Counted from the whole stretch's first letter, positions 13,938 to 28,346 are shown. The stretch is DNA of 63,997 bases, filler included, from Octopus bimaculoides (GCF_001194135.2; 5 parts of 4 records of this genome joined end to end with filler, not necessarily neighbours in it), one strand, 5' to 3'. Notes: a model not told the origin generated them from the sequence alone. Made by a program: numbers and translations.

Positions 13938-15422
13938 NNNNNNNNNNNNNNNNNNNNNNNNNNNNNNNNNNNNNNNNNNNNNNNNNNNNNNNNNNNNNNN
14001 NNNNNNNNNNNNNNNNNNNNNNNNNNNNNNNNNNNNNNNNNNNNNNNNNNNNNNNNNNNNNNNNNNNNNNNNNNNNNNNNNNNNNNNNNNNNNNNNNNNN
14101 NNNNNNNNNNNNNNNNNNNNNNNNNNNNNNNNNNNNNNNNNNNNNNNNNNNNNNNNNNNNNNNNNNNNNNNNNNNNNNNNNNNNNNNNNNNNNNNNNNNN
14201 NNNNNNNNNNNNNNNNNNNNNNNNNNNNNNNNNNNNNNNNNNNNNNNNNNNNNNNNNNNNNNNNNNNNNNNNNNNNNNNNNNNNNNNNNNNNNNNNNNNN
14301 NNNNNNNNNNNNNNNNNNNNNNNNNNNNNNNNNNNNNNNNNNNNNNNNNNNNNNNNNNNNNNNNNNNNNNNNNNNNNNNNNNNNNNNNNNNNNNNNNNNN
14401 NNNNNNNNNNNNNNNNNNNNNNNNNNNNNNNNNNNNNNNNNNNNNNNNNNNNNNNNNNNNNNNNNNNNNNNNNNNNNNNNNNNNNNNNNNNNNNNNNNNN
14501 NNNNNNNNNNNNNNNNNNNNNNNNNNNNNNNNNNNNNNNNNNNNNNNNNNNNNNNNNNNNNNNNNNNNNNNNNNNNNNNNNNNNNNNNNNNNNNNNNNNN
14601 NNNNNNNNNNNNNNNNNNNNNNNNNNNNNNNNNNNNNNNNNNNNNNNNNNNNNNNNNNNNNNNNNNNNNNNNNNNNNNNNNNNNNNNNNNNNNNNNNNNN
14701 NNNNNNNNNNNNNNNNNNNNNNNNNNNNNNNNNNNNNNNNNNNNNNNNNNNTATTAAGGCGGCGAGCTGGCAGAATCGTTAGCACACCGGGCAAAATGCT
14801 TAGTGGCATTTCGTCCGTCCTTACATCCTGAGTTCAAATTCCGCCGAGGTCGACTTTGCCTTTCATCCTTTCGGGGGTCGATAAATTAAGTACCAGTTAC
14901 GCGCTGGGGGTCGGTGTGTGTGTCCCTTCACCGCTTGACAACTGGCGTTGGTGAGTCTACATGTCCGTAACCTAGCGGTTCGGTAAAGCGACCGATAGAA
15001 TAATTAGCAGGCTTAACAAAAAAAAAAAGTTAAGTATTGGGATCGATTCATTCGAGTAAAACAAATTCTTCAAGGCGGTGCCCCAGCATGGCCGCAGTCT
15101 AATGACTGAAACAAGTAAATGTTATAGGATAAAAGATACGATGGATATCCACAGGGTTTCTGTGAACCAAAATCCCTCACAAGGCTTTGGTCAGTGCAGG
15201 GATATAGTGGAGGACATTTGCCCAAGGTGCTACGCTGTAGGACTGAACCCGCAACCGTGTGGTTACTGCAAATTGAATTTTTAAATCACACAGCCGTGCC
15301 CGTTCATAGTTTGGGGTTTTATTTTTTTATTGCACAACATGTTTACAAAGATGAACCATATTTCTTGGCGGCGAAGATGCTGTGATCTCGAAGACGCACC
15401 CTAAAATTTTGAAAGAAGATAT

Positions 15423-15454
<32 letters not shown>

Positions 15455-16034
15455 ATGTATACACTCATGTATGCATCCATGTATGTATGCACGTGTGTAT
15501 GCATGTATGTATAAAAGCAATGGCTCAGCACTTTCTCGTTCTCTATCAGGATGTTTGTTAGTGGTTTAGCGACATAGAGATCCTGTTTTTCTCTTACAGT
15601 CCACGAAACAGCACAATACAAAATAAACAAATAAATAAATAAATAATAATAATAATAATAATAATAATACGAGATTTGAATACTTTCACATATTTTACCA
15701 AGATGTTTTGTTAGTGGCTTAGCAAAAGATAGATCCTGTTTATCACTTATAAGCCATATTTTTTCTTCAGTTTTACAAAAAGGAGAAACGATACGGCTAC
15801 ATCTATTACAGTTGAAGGAAATGTACCTCTAGGAGCGGCCTGCATTCTAGATAAACAACCGTTTAGGTTTCACCAATATACTATATACAATACATCGAAA
15901 AGCTTCGATTAACAGGGATTATACGCGCGAACAGTAAATAAATGATTTCTTCTAGAGGTGTTTAAAAATGCCACGTTAACTGGAATTGTTAAGAGACCAC
16001 AAAACTGTACAGAACAACAGAACACAAGCAAAAC

Positions 16035-16102
<68 letters not shown>

Positions 16103-17974
16103 AGGCAGACAGACAGATAGATAGCTCCGGCCAGTCAGTAGCCAAAGAATCAACTCAAACCAGCAGTAACGTTTTTCTACTTTCACTTCTGACAGCTAAT
16201 ACCATGACAGTGCCCAGCATTGGTATTTCTTTGAGGTAATAAGCGATGAGGCTCTATTCCTTTCCACGATGAGTGGTCAATATCGCCTACTGTGTCTTGA
16301 CTCAGCCTGTCTTTTGGCGTGTCACAAACCCCATTATCACACTTTCAAGTCCATTAACCAATTTGAGTTTCCTGCACTGTCTGCTGTTTCCTGTTTCATA
16401 TACTTCGAAATAATCATTTCCACATTCAGGCATAGCCCTTAGATTCATTTACATAGTTTAGCAGATCATTCGAAAGCTGGAATCAAGGTGCTGCTACCGT
16501 GTTGGGCCAAAGCCCTTGATTCTACCGCCACACACTTCAGCACCCGTAAAGTCATAAGTGAACTAAATGTAGGATCCTGGTCAATCCCTGGAGTCAAGCG
16601 ACGGCCTATCACCGCTAGGTACTGTTTCTCATCCTGTATCACGCACCCTATAAATATACAAAACAAAAAAAAAAAGGAAGCTCGTCAAGACAGGGCGAGA
16701 ATATATCATCGAGTTTAGGTCAGAACACTTCATCATTCCAGCCGCTTGCCGCTTTTCACATTAGAAGGCGACTGTAAGCATTTATTGAACTGGTCAAGAC
16801 AAAAACATATCCATTGTCCCTCAAAGATGGCCATTTATTTTTTTTTTCTCTTTCTCCTTTGTATGTCAGGAATAACGTGCATTCTTTAATTTCGTTCGTT
16901 GTCCATCTCCTTTGCATCGTCACAAGGCGATGGAAATGGTGCTGCTGTTCATTCAAGACGAAGGTTTCATGATAGTCGTCTTCAGAGACAGAAAATGAAA
17001 TATCTTTTCTGCTATTTACACAGCCTCAATCGTTGGTGCTTTGAGAACAGAAGTTTTTGTGCTCTGCTGTTTGTGGTATCTCTAGTTTCCAAGTTCGTCC
17101 GCGTGAAAAAGGTAAGAAAGGTTATCTCATAACACATAACGACCATTTTCGTTTCTCTGAGAAACTGTAAGTGCAGGAACGTGTCACTCTATCTGTTAAC
17201 AAGACTGAAGTTTCATAACGCTGTCATTAACGTAGTTCCTTATTAGTTATTTTAAGTCCATTACTTGATGGTAATGCTCTATTATTTTCATTGAGACTTC
17301 TAGCGAAGTTGGAAGCAAGGCTGACTACTTTGCTGCGTTGGAGTTATCCCCCCATTCAACAGTCTGTGACCAGTCGGCTAACAATGCTCCTTTACGTGAC
17401 TCTAACTGATAAATATGAAGGAACTTCATACTTCAGTGGAGGACAATGAACCTTCTTTGGAGAAATGTAACTGTTTCGTTACTTAGATAAATAGTTTCAG
17501 AAGGATATGAACGGGCTTTTGCACCTGTGAAACTTTAAGCAATGCGGATTTAAATCACTGATTGTGTTGATACGAATAGTTAACCTACCTGGTATGTGTT
17601 GGATACGTTTTGAATATTCTTTCTTTTCGCCTGTATACCAACATGTGTGTGTGTGCGTGTGTGTGTAAAGAGAGAAAGGAGAGAGATGCGTACTTACACA
17701 TCCACACATATGCATGTACATACTTACATATAAATATTTATAGTTAGGACGTAGCCTTAAGGATGCAGTGAGGATCGACCTATTTAGAATTGAGAGCTAA
17801 GGTCTCAATCCAACCGCCAGAATGCACCAAAATAATAGAAATAGCAGTATGCGAGAAAAAAGACAAAGAATTAAAAAGCATATCCATATAGACACTGCTG
17901 ATCAGATGCTCATACACCATGGTTTCAGATGTTGGCCCGGTTTTTTGCTTATATATATATATATATATATATAT

Positions 17975-18074
17975 NNNNNNNNNNNNNNNNNNNNNNNNNN
18001 NNNNNNNNNNNNNNNNNNTTAATTAATTAANNNNNNNNNNNNNNNNNNNNNNNNNNNNNNNNNNNNNNNNNNNN
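17975..18074. other. Artificial scaffolding linker 44N-TTAATTAATTAA-44N (also 31185-31284, 54568-54667, 62665-62764)
   Basis: Identical 100-base layout four times; the 12-mer gives stop codons in all six frames. Confidence 0.93.
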
Positions 18075-18449
18075 TAGAATAAGCACATAAATGGGAAAAA
18101 ATAGTACTCGACTACCGGAGGTAGAGTAATATGCTTTATTATTATTGAAGCTGTAAATCCGATATGCTTGCCCGCTTATGTTCTGGTGTTTGCTGAATTT
18201 TTTCTAGAGAACATTATTTTCTTTGTGGGTAGATCGTTGGTGATCTCTTTCTAGCATATCGGATGTCTACTTAGTGGTCATCCCTTCTTATACGCATATA
18301 TATATATATATATATAAGTATATATGATGAACTCTCTTGTAGGTTTCGAAGTATGAGGATCCGACCACCTGTGCTTTCTTTGTCAGTTATAATGCTTATG
18401 TCGAATGTGACATTTAATGCCCCGCCTACGATTTGCAAAGACGCCTACA

Positions 18450-19624
18450 GGTGCTGCAAGTATGAATGAGGATTACAGGTCAGTGCAGGTCATATATTTG
18501 CAGGTGCTTCTCTCCTTTGCCTTGTACCCCCTAAGCCTGTTAATACTGGCTGCAACAAAGTTTCTTATACCATTTTGACACAACGATCTCCATTTTGTTC
18601 GCTCCAAAGCTGTTCGCTCGAAAGTATTGTGAGCTATCTTCATTGATGAGAGGTTACTCAACAGCTCCTTGTATCTGAGCCATGACTGACTAACATTCTT
18701 GTGCCCACTATTAATCTGGCCGTACATGAGAACACTGTCAGGTGCTTTACCAAAAGAGTTTACCACTTTCAGGACAATTCCGGTATTAGTGACTGAAGTG
18801 GAGCTCAACACTGCTTCAAAGTGATCTTCCCATCGTTTCAGGATCTCAGATTTGTCAGTCAACAGCGTCTCTCTAGTGGATGAAAAACTAGGAGTAACAC
18901 CGTGCTCTTGAGGCGCATACACTTTCTTGAGGCTATCACAAAAGGCTTTAGAATCCTTTCTGTCTGCAGCTTTATGCAGTTCAGTAGCCTTGGAAGACCA
19001 TCAAGCCTCCTTCATGTCTCAGAGCACGTTGGACCTGGCCTCTGCATTTCTTATGAGCATTCTCTTTTCTGGATGAGCTTTTATCATTTATCCATGTTCT
19101 ATAAGAGCTGTGAATTTTATCTATCAACTGCTGGACATCTGTGTTGTTATCATGAATCACTTTTGATGCTTACGAACAGGAAATCCTACGACTGCTGCAG
19201 CTGCAGAGTGCGTTGTATCATACAGAACTTTCCAAGATGATTCTATGTCATCACTGACATCAACAGTGTTGAGTGCAGTGTCCAACTTGATAGAGAGCCC
19301 AGCCTGCTTTTCAATAGTTTTCAAAGGCAGAACGTTAAGGCGCTTAGACACTGATGACTGTTGTAGTCTTGTGTGTTTCAGATGGAACGTAGACTTACTA
19401 TGAAGAAGAGAATGGTCAGAGAGATAGCAGGTATTATGAAAGGAACGTGTAATGTTAAAGTCCCTAATATCTCGGTTCTTAGTGATAACATAGTCTGTGA
19501 GATGCCAATCCTTAGATCTAGGATGCATCCAGGTCGTCTTGCAACAATTTTGCTGTTGGAAGAAGGTACATGTGATGCTTCTAAAATCTCTGACGAAGCC
19601 TAGAGAAACACCCAAGTACCTCAA
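18450..19624 (-). mobile_element. Degenerate RTE-clade LINE with most of the RT domain deleted
   Basis: APE motif TTWMHPRSKDWHLTDYVI..SDH; linker LLTDKSEILKRWEDHF joined to the C-terminal ..ALERTKWRSL. Confidence 0.85.
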
Positions 19625-21029
19625 TCTTATCTACTAATTACTTCAGTCCACTGGAGGGATAAAGGTAGAATGAGGTATTTTGCCATATGTTATATTTTAA
19701 TAATTACTGATATTTTAAATTTAATATTTTATATTTTATAATATATTATGTACGTAAGGCATAATGTGTCATATATGCATGTATATTGTTATAATTGTCC
19801 TTTTAGTAAACTGACATAATATAATGTCTAAAAGTTGATGAATACCACCTATTAATCCCCTCCATTTTCTTACTGCTCTATAAATTAGTGGTAAAATATC
19901 TTTTTACCCTCACCCATTTATTACACTTGGTAATGTAATTGTCATGCAATGAAAAAACACTTGTGTAATTATAATTGGGTATTCTACCAGCAGTATATTG
20001 GATAGATATTATCCCTTAGTTGGTTGGATTCACAACCTCTAACTCTCTTGGAATTATATATATATATACTCATACTTACATACTACGTAATTTTGCATTG
20101 TCTATACGTATAAAGACGTGATATATATATATAGTCAATTAAAAAAAACAGAAAAAGAGAAAACAACAAACGTGAAGACGCTAGCACAAGCAATGTATTT
20201 GATGGAATGGAAGGGTAGGGGAGGAGATGGAAGGGGGGAGGAGAGGGAAGAGGAGGGGAAGAGAAGGAAGGGGAGGGGAAGAGATGGAAGGGAAGGAGGA
20301 TGCCTAAATCTTAGTATTCTTCTTGATTGAAAAAATCACTCGAGCTACGTTGACAGGTTCACGGACGAAATCTGGAACAAGGTGCCACCCGCCAGACACT
20401 AACAAGACATGAGTCAATCACGTTTCGCGCCTATTTACCGTTACTCTACAATAGCTTTCTACCATAGAGATTGTTTATATACTGCTGGCTTTTGTAATCT
20501 TCGTCACGAAAATTGCAGTAGCGTGTCAGCTGTGAGAGAACAAGAAGCCATTACATAAACATACCAGGATATAAAATCATGGCTCTAAAGTGGGCAATCA
20601 ACAGACCGATCCTGTATGAAAGCAAAGTTATTGTTGTAAATTTTATTTCAGGTCAGTATTAAACCAGCAGACAATGATCAAAGTCACTTGCAGTCGTCAC
20701 ATTCACCTCTTTGTGTAACTATGACTATATTATTCAATGTCTTTCCTGAACGGCAGAAATATTTCAGTCGTGGGAAGTTGTGTTCCAATGGTGATCATCG
20801 CTTTACTTTTTATCTTCATACGCTTGAGGTTTTCGCATAAGGGAGTTGAGGTTTTATTCGAAGTGAGTCCTGAGTGATTAGATACTCGGTAATTACTTCG
20901 TTCTGCGTGTATCAAAAAACTGTATGATTCGAACAGAGTGTTTTTGTTCGCTTGAAGCATTGTAATATCGAAGAATCTAAAACGCATCCCCCTTCCGCAA
21001 ACACCTGATCAGATGTAGCAACACCACCA

Positions 21030-21500
21030 AGAAGATAGATGCCTCTATACTGAGAACAACACCGACAATCTATTTATAAAAGAGGCTCTGCTGATCCACT
21101 GCTTCAACCCGAAAATTAACAGTTGATCGGAGTTGAGCTGGTGGCTCCTATGACAGTATCCAACAGATGGAGAACGGCCTACAATGGCAGCCGAGATTTG
21201 TTTACATCAATACGCAGACAGCCGGAAGCACTAAAGGGCGACCCCCACTTCAACTACTAATATTACGCCGTCGTATTACGAATGGTGAGTAGCTTATAGC
21301 AACAGCTGGTCGTTTGTAGTCCGTTTACACCAAAGCGTGGGAGGTCGATTACACCTACGTCTGGAGAGCGCCTGCTGCTGTTACATAAACGCTGGAGAGT
21401 TTGAATGGATTAATGGATCCTACATAGCTGGGCTTTTCTTAGACTGTTCTTTTCTCGTGAAGATAGGACTTTGAGCCAGAAATATAAAGGTTTTATTAAA
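21030..21500 (+). mobile_element. Probable Penelope-like element 3' remnant (GIY-YIG C-terminus plus UTR)
   Basis: TENNTDNLFIKEALLIHCFNPKINS* resembles the L-x-IKEAL-x-I...P-x-LN end of PLE GIY-YIG domains; ends in a decayed hammerhead-like motif. Confidence 0.55.
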
Positions 21501-22351
21501 CTTTCCGCATTGTCAGAAGCTGTCGTTTTTTTCTCTCTCTTTACATTCTTTGTATGTTTCGAAATTTTCCTCAAACGCTTAAAATTTTTAGTAGAGGAGG
21601 TTTGTTGCTGTTTTGTACCAGTTCGGCTCTAATTGAGTGGATATAGGATCAAAAGATTCTCCAACCGTGACCATTACTTCTTTTTATGTGCATCTAGGAC
21701 TACACTAGGCTCTGTCTTCTTCAACGAATGAAAAATCTTAAATTTTAAGTGCAGGAGTATCAGTGTGGTAAGAAGCTTGCTTCCCAACCACGTGGCTCTG
21801 GTTTCAATCCCACTGAGTGAATGGCACGGCACCTTGGACAAGCGTCTTCTACTTATAGCCTCGGGTCTACCAAAGCCTTGTGAGTGGATTTGGTAGACGG
21901 AAACTGAAAGAAGCCCGTCTTATATATATATATAGGAAAATAGAGATAATTCAATTAATAATTATCTATTAATTACAAAATTGGACATCATCTCTGACAG
22001 CTATTTCGATTCAAGACTTTAGAAACTGGGATTTATATTATTCGTTCGACTAAAGGCGGTGCTCCAGCATGGCCGCAATCAAATGGCTGAAACAAGTAAA
22101 AGAACAAAAGAATAAAAGAATAAACAAAATGGATTTATTGGTGCTTAATCTTTGATCTGTTTACTTGTTTCCGTCATCAGACTGAGGCCATACTGGGGCA
22201 CCACCTATAGTCGAACGAATCGACCCCAGTACTTTAGTTCTAAGCTTTGTATGTATTCTATCGGTCTCATTTGCCGAATCGCTGAGTTACGGTGACATAA
22301 ACAAACTCACATCGGTTACCAAATGGTGGTGGTGACAAAGACAAACGCAAA

Positions 22352-22394
<43 letters not shown>

Positions 22395-25300
22395 ACATAT
22401 ATATATATGTACGATGGGCTTCTTTCAGTTTCTGTCTACCAAATTCACTCCCAAAGCTTTAGTCTGCCTGAGGCTATAGTAGAAGACACTTGCCCAAGGT
22501 GCCATGCAGTGGGACTGAACCCAGGAAAGCGTCTGGGAAGCAAACTTCTTACCATACAGCCGTTGATGTTTAGCTTTAAGTGAGCTCAGTTTAAGCTGAT
22601 AAGGGATCAAGTGTGTTCCCTAAATGACCGTCAGATATATATATATATAGCGTCTGAGATAAGTATGACAATGACTAGAATGCCTCTCGACCAAAGATCG
22701 TTTCGGCCAGTGCTGGTCAAGATCTCAGTAACACTAATATGCATAAAACCCCCCACCAAAAATGAATACTAAATACATTTATAATTACTGAAGACTAATA
22801 AACTAGTGAATATGTACAATTATGTCAGGGGAAATATCTTAGTCAGAATTGTGAAACATACGTTAAGCAAGAATGGGTAGCAATATTCCATTGTATCTAT
22901 TGAGGACGGTGGGTGCAGTTACGTCATTATGTTTGGTGTCATTCAGTGTGGTAACTATATTTCTCCCATACCAAACAATAGAGATATTCTTTATCCTGTT
23001 TAATATGCTTTCAGGTGCTTGAATTAGTCGTGGCGTTACAAAGACCCACCCTGCTCTCTCGGCATCGGCCCTTGACTCAGTAGCACGCCAAGGATGTCAC
23101 AATTGGCGGGAGAGAGGGCTGCGGTTTCATCAGTAGTCGGCTGGTGCTCATTTTCTAATATTAGAGGTAAAGTGTTATTTCCGTATATAGTGATGCAAAC
23201 AACCGATGAAATTAAACTGACACATTGTATATATANNNNNNNNNNNNNNNNNNNNNGTCACCAACAGTAGACAACATGAAGTACGAAAACAAATGAGTTG
23301 AATACGCAAACAACGAGAGAGGTAATACAGAGAACAACCCTTCATCAGTTGTCGGCTGTTTCTCTACTCCTCATTTCGAGCATTCATCGACAATATGAGT
23401 CTTCGAAGACAGTTGCTCCCATAAATACCAGAATAAAATTTTGTTTTTGTGGAGGATCAAAGTTGTGAACAAAAACAGGACAGTGGAGGCATACAAGGAA
23501 ACCGAACGAGAACAAACATGGAGGGTCGTTAGACCAGCATGAGAGGAAAATAGTGAACGCCGAGAGATAGGCTTCGAAGACTCATATTATCGTTGAATGC
23601 TCGAAATGAGGAGTAGATAGACAGCCGACAACTGATGAAGGGTCGTTCTCTTTGTTACATGTCCTGTTTTCCATTTTCCTCTTGTTATTTGCGTATATAA
23701 CTCATTTAAGATGTCGCACAGTAACTAATATCATGACGCATGAGCAAATCTTTTCTGTAATAGCTCCGGGCTCACCAATGCCTTGTGAACAAATCTGGAA
23801 GACGGAAACTGCATCCCTCCTACCCATCATCTCTTTACACCCCCTATAGGTTTGTTTACCTTTCTGTAACTTAACAGCTCGGCAAAAAACGCTCGACAGA
23901 ATAAGTATCAGGTTAAAAAATAAATTAAGTACTGGCGTCGATCTTAACCCTTCAAAGCGGTGCCACAGTATGGCCGCAGTCCAATGACTGAAACAAATAA
24001 AAAGCAGACGATAAAATCAAATAAAACTGATAAAAAAATCACTTAACTATCTTCAAAGCGTATTTTAAATGCTTTGTAAATAAAATAACACTGGCGATAA
24101 TGTAATTTAAGAGGTTTCTTTTCCGTTTTCGATTTGTAATAAATAACAGCTTAGTGTCCTTCAAATCATACCCTACCAACGTAAACAGCGAAACATAATT
24201 GCACAATGTAGTCCTTGATGTACAATAAACAAATATATAATTAATTTATTGGCCGTGAGTCATTTATGACAACGAGTGTTCCAGTTGATCCGATCGATGG
24301 AACAGCCTGCTCGTGAAATTCACGTGCAAGTGGCTGAGTACGCCACAGACACGTGTAGTGTTAATGTAGTTCTCGGGGCGATTCAGCTTGACACAGAATG
24401 TGACAAGGCTGTCCCCTTTTGAATTACAGGTACAACTCAGTTTTGTCTGTGGATTGAACTGGAGGAACGGGAAATAACGTGACTATCTCAAGGACACAAC
24501 GCGCTGCTGGGGATCGAACTCATGAACCGAATACCCAGCAACTAAGCCACGTGCCTTCCACATAATGAATAAATGAATAGATAAATGAATGGTGAATAAT
24601 AGACGACGAAGTCATAGCGATAATGGTATTGAAGGTCGGTCTCCTCCATCGAGGTTGACTCGGAACTAAACCAGCTGCAACAACAGGTGTGGCCGTGTGA
24701 TAGGAAATCTGCTATCCGGCCACATGGTTCCGGGTTCAGTCGCACTGCGTGGCGCTTTAGACAAGTGTTTTCTGTTGTAGCCTCGGGGCCAATCAAAGCC
24801 TTGTGAGCGGATTCAGTAGACGGAAACTGAACAAAATCCGTCGTATATGTGTGTGTGTGTGTGTGTGCGTGCGTGTGTGTGCTTATCCCCCCCACCACCA
24901 ACGCTTCACGACCGGTGTGTTTACATTCCCGTAACTTGGTTCGGCAACAGTGACTGATAGAATAAGTGCTAGGCTTTAAAAAAGTACTGAGGTCAATTTG
25001 TTCCGCTAGAATTCTTCAAGACGCTGTCCCAATTTGACCGTAAGACATAAATAAACAGAAGATACACCAATAACGGACTTCCTCTTCGAAGACGGCGTTT
25101 GAGTTTCCAATGAGAAAACAGAAAGAATAATCCAACCGAATCGACAATCAACAACACACTCACATTACTATTACAATAATTCACCAATGTTTGCNNNNNN
25201 NNNNNNNNNNNNNNNNNNNNNNNNNNNNNNNNNNNNNNNNNNNNNNNNNNNNNNNNNNNNNNNNNNNNNNNNNNNNNNNNNNNNNNNNNNNNNNNNNNNN

Positions 25301-25563
25301 NNNNNNNNNNNNNNNNNNNNNNNNNNNNNNNNNNNNNNNNNNNNNNNNNNNNNNNNNNNNNNNNNNNNNNNNNNNNNNNNNNNNNNNNNNNNNNNNNNNN
25401 NNNNNNNNNNNNNNNNNNNNNNNNNNNNNNNNNNNNNNNNNNNNNNNNNNNNNNNNNNNNNNNNNNNNNNNNNNNNNNNNNNNNNNNNNNNNNNNNNNNN
25501 NNNNNNNNNNNNNNNNNNNNNNNNNNNNNNNNNNNNNNNNNNNNNNNNNNNNNNNNNNNNNNG

Positions 25564-25766
25564 GCTCAAAAGTAGGTTTACAGTTATTCAACTATCTCTT
25601 TTCGCATTCCTATATTAACGGTTTAGATCTTAATCATATAAAAATATGAAACCGTTATTCTATGCTAATTTAGTTAATTGTAAGATAGAAATTTAAAAGT
25701 AATGAAATGTTTTAAAAGAAATTTAAAGTACCTACGTGATAACTGTAAACCTACTTTCAGGCGACC

Positions 25767-25769
<3 letters not shown>
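25564..25769. mobile_element. Tc1/mariner-type MITE (left end at gap)
   Basis: AAAGTAGGTTTACAGTT / AACTGTAAACCTACTTT inverted termini; right end ACCCTG then TA. Confidence 0.7.
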
Positions 25770-25808
<39 letters not shown>

Positions 25809-27554
25809 ATATACTAAGGGCTTCCACATTTTCCGTTGTCTAGCAAATTCAGTAACACGACACTGGTCGGCTGGAGACTATTGTAGAAGACACGTGCCCC
25901 AGATACCGATCAGTAAGACTGAACCGGAAACCAAATGGTTGCAAAGCCAGCTTCTTAACCACACTGCCATATCTGAACCTAACCCCTGGCTTTTTATTTG
26001 CGCATTTCTTTCTTTCATCTTTTTACTCCGTCGTTCTTTTGCTATCTATATTGCATTACATCAGATTAACTGTCTGTTAACGTTCAGTAACTGATGACCT
26101 TACTCATACAACATTGAAATGTGACCCACAATTAGATACGTATCTTAATTACTTCGTCGTATGTTGTTGTTTACTTCCAGGAGTGTCTGACGGAGGAGGT
26201 GAAAGAACGTGGCTTAGTGGTTAGGGTGCTGCAATCTCAGGTACAAGATCATGATCTCAGCACTAGTCGGTGCGTTATGTTCTTGAGCAAAACACTTCAT
26301 TTCACGTTGCTCCCGTTCGCTCAGTTGTATATGGTTTCCAGCCCATCCCGCGACGGTCTGGTGTCCCGTTCAGGGGAATGATGTGATCTCGGTTACTTAT
26401 ACGCCATGGAAACTGGGTAACTGACCCCTTGAGTCTTAGGACTCGAGACAGTGATGTCCAGATGATTCTATTCTTACCTGTCCCGCCAAATTCCAATCTT
26501 TTCATTCTTCACATACCATAGCCCGTGTTATCCAAATATCCATACTTAAAACGATACGAAGTGATTTAGAGAGGGATTTAGCTACTACTTCTAGCAAGTC
26601 GAACAGCCGTATAAAGGATCTAACGTTTCTGCCTGCTCACTGCTTTTAAATATTATTTTCTACTCTAGACCCAAGGCCCGAAATTTTGGGGAAGGGGACA
26701 AGTCGATTAGATCAACCCCAGCACACAACTGGTACTTAATTTATCGACCCCCGAAAGGATGAAAGGCAAAGTCGACCTCGGCGGAATTTGAACTCAGAAC
26801 GTGTAAAAACAGACGAAATACTGGTAAGCGTTTCGCCCGGCGTGCTAACGTTTCTTATTTCTTCATTGCCCACAAGGGGCTAAACATAGAGGAGACAAAT
26901 AAGGACAAAGGGATTAAGTCGATGTAATCGACCCCAGTGCGTAACTAGTACTTAATTTATCGACCCCCAAAAGGATGATAGGCAAAGTCGACCTCGCCAA
27001 AATTTGAACTCAGAACGTTAAAGCAGACGAAATGCCGGTAAGCGTTTCGCCCGGCGTGCTAACATTTCTGGCAGCTCGCCGCATTTGAGATTTCATGGTA
27101 TGTTCATCCATCCACAATTTACAAAACATATTACACCCTTTTAATAGTGAAGTACTCTTTCAATAATTTTGCTTTTGGCTCGCTTAATTTATTAGTAAAC
27201 TTTTTCTTTTCAATCGATTATTGTTATATAACTATCTTATCGCCCGTAGTCATCCTGTGATGTGTGTAAGTGTAAAAATATCATACATATTTCAACGCTT
27301 TAGAAAAAATATCGTACATATTTCACTTGTCTGCTTTTCATGCTTCTCAGTACGATTCTTCTATTCAAAATATCCGACGTCTTATCATTTCTCGCCACAA
27401 AAATGTGATTTCCTTGGAACCAAAGGAGTTGTTCGAAATAAACGAAATAGAAAAAGAAAAGAGAAAGAAAATGAAATGAGGTGGCACTTATTCATTCCAA
27501 TTAACTCTTTCAAGCTGACTTTTTCAGATTTAGGCTTTTTGTTATCACTTGAAA

Positions 27555-27608
<54 letters not shown>

Positions 27609-28293
27609 NNNNNNNNNNNNNNNNNNNNNNNNNNNNNNNNNNNNNNNNNNNNNNNNNNNNNNNNNNNNNNNNNNNNNNNNNNNNNNNNNNNNNNNNNNNN
27701 NNNNNNNNNNNNNNNNNNNNNNNNNNNNNNNNNNNNNNNNNNNNNNNNNNNNNNNNNNNNNNNNNNNNNNNNNNNNNNNNNNNNNNNNNNNNNNNNNNNN
27801 NNNNNNNNNNNNNNNNNNNNNNNNNNNNNNNNNNNNNNNNNNNNNNNNNNNNNNNNNNNNNNNNNNNNNNNNNNNNNNNNNNNNNNNNNNNNNNNNNNNN
27901 NNNNNNNNNNNNNNNNNNNNNNNNNNNNNNNNNNNNNNNNNNNNNNNNNNNNNNNNNNNNNNNNNNNNNNNNNNNNNNNNNNNNNNNNNNNNNNNNNNNN
28001 NNNNNNNNNNNNNNNNNNNNNNNNNNNNNNNNNNNNNNNNNNNNNNNNNNNNNNNNNNNNNNNNNNNNNNNNNNNNNNNNNNNNNNNNNNNNNNNNNNNN
28101 NNNNNNNNNNNNNNNNNNNNNNNNNNNNNNNNNNNNNNNNNATATATATGCATATATATTAATATATATATAAATCGATGTATGTATCTATACTCACGCA
28201 TTTATATCAATATGTATGCTCATAGTTACAAATAAGCGTGTGCATGTATTCAATTGTACATTATATATATATATATATATATGCACTCACGCG

Positions 28294-28346
<53 letters not shown>

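Noticed and set aside
20470-20540. Acceptor plus LTRYCNFRDEDYK.. as the XYLB last exon
   Set aside because: No convincing similarity to the XYLB C-terminus; lies in another contig block with a CpG-rich profile
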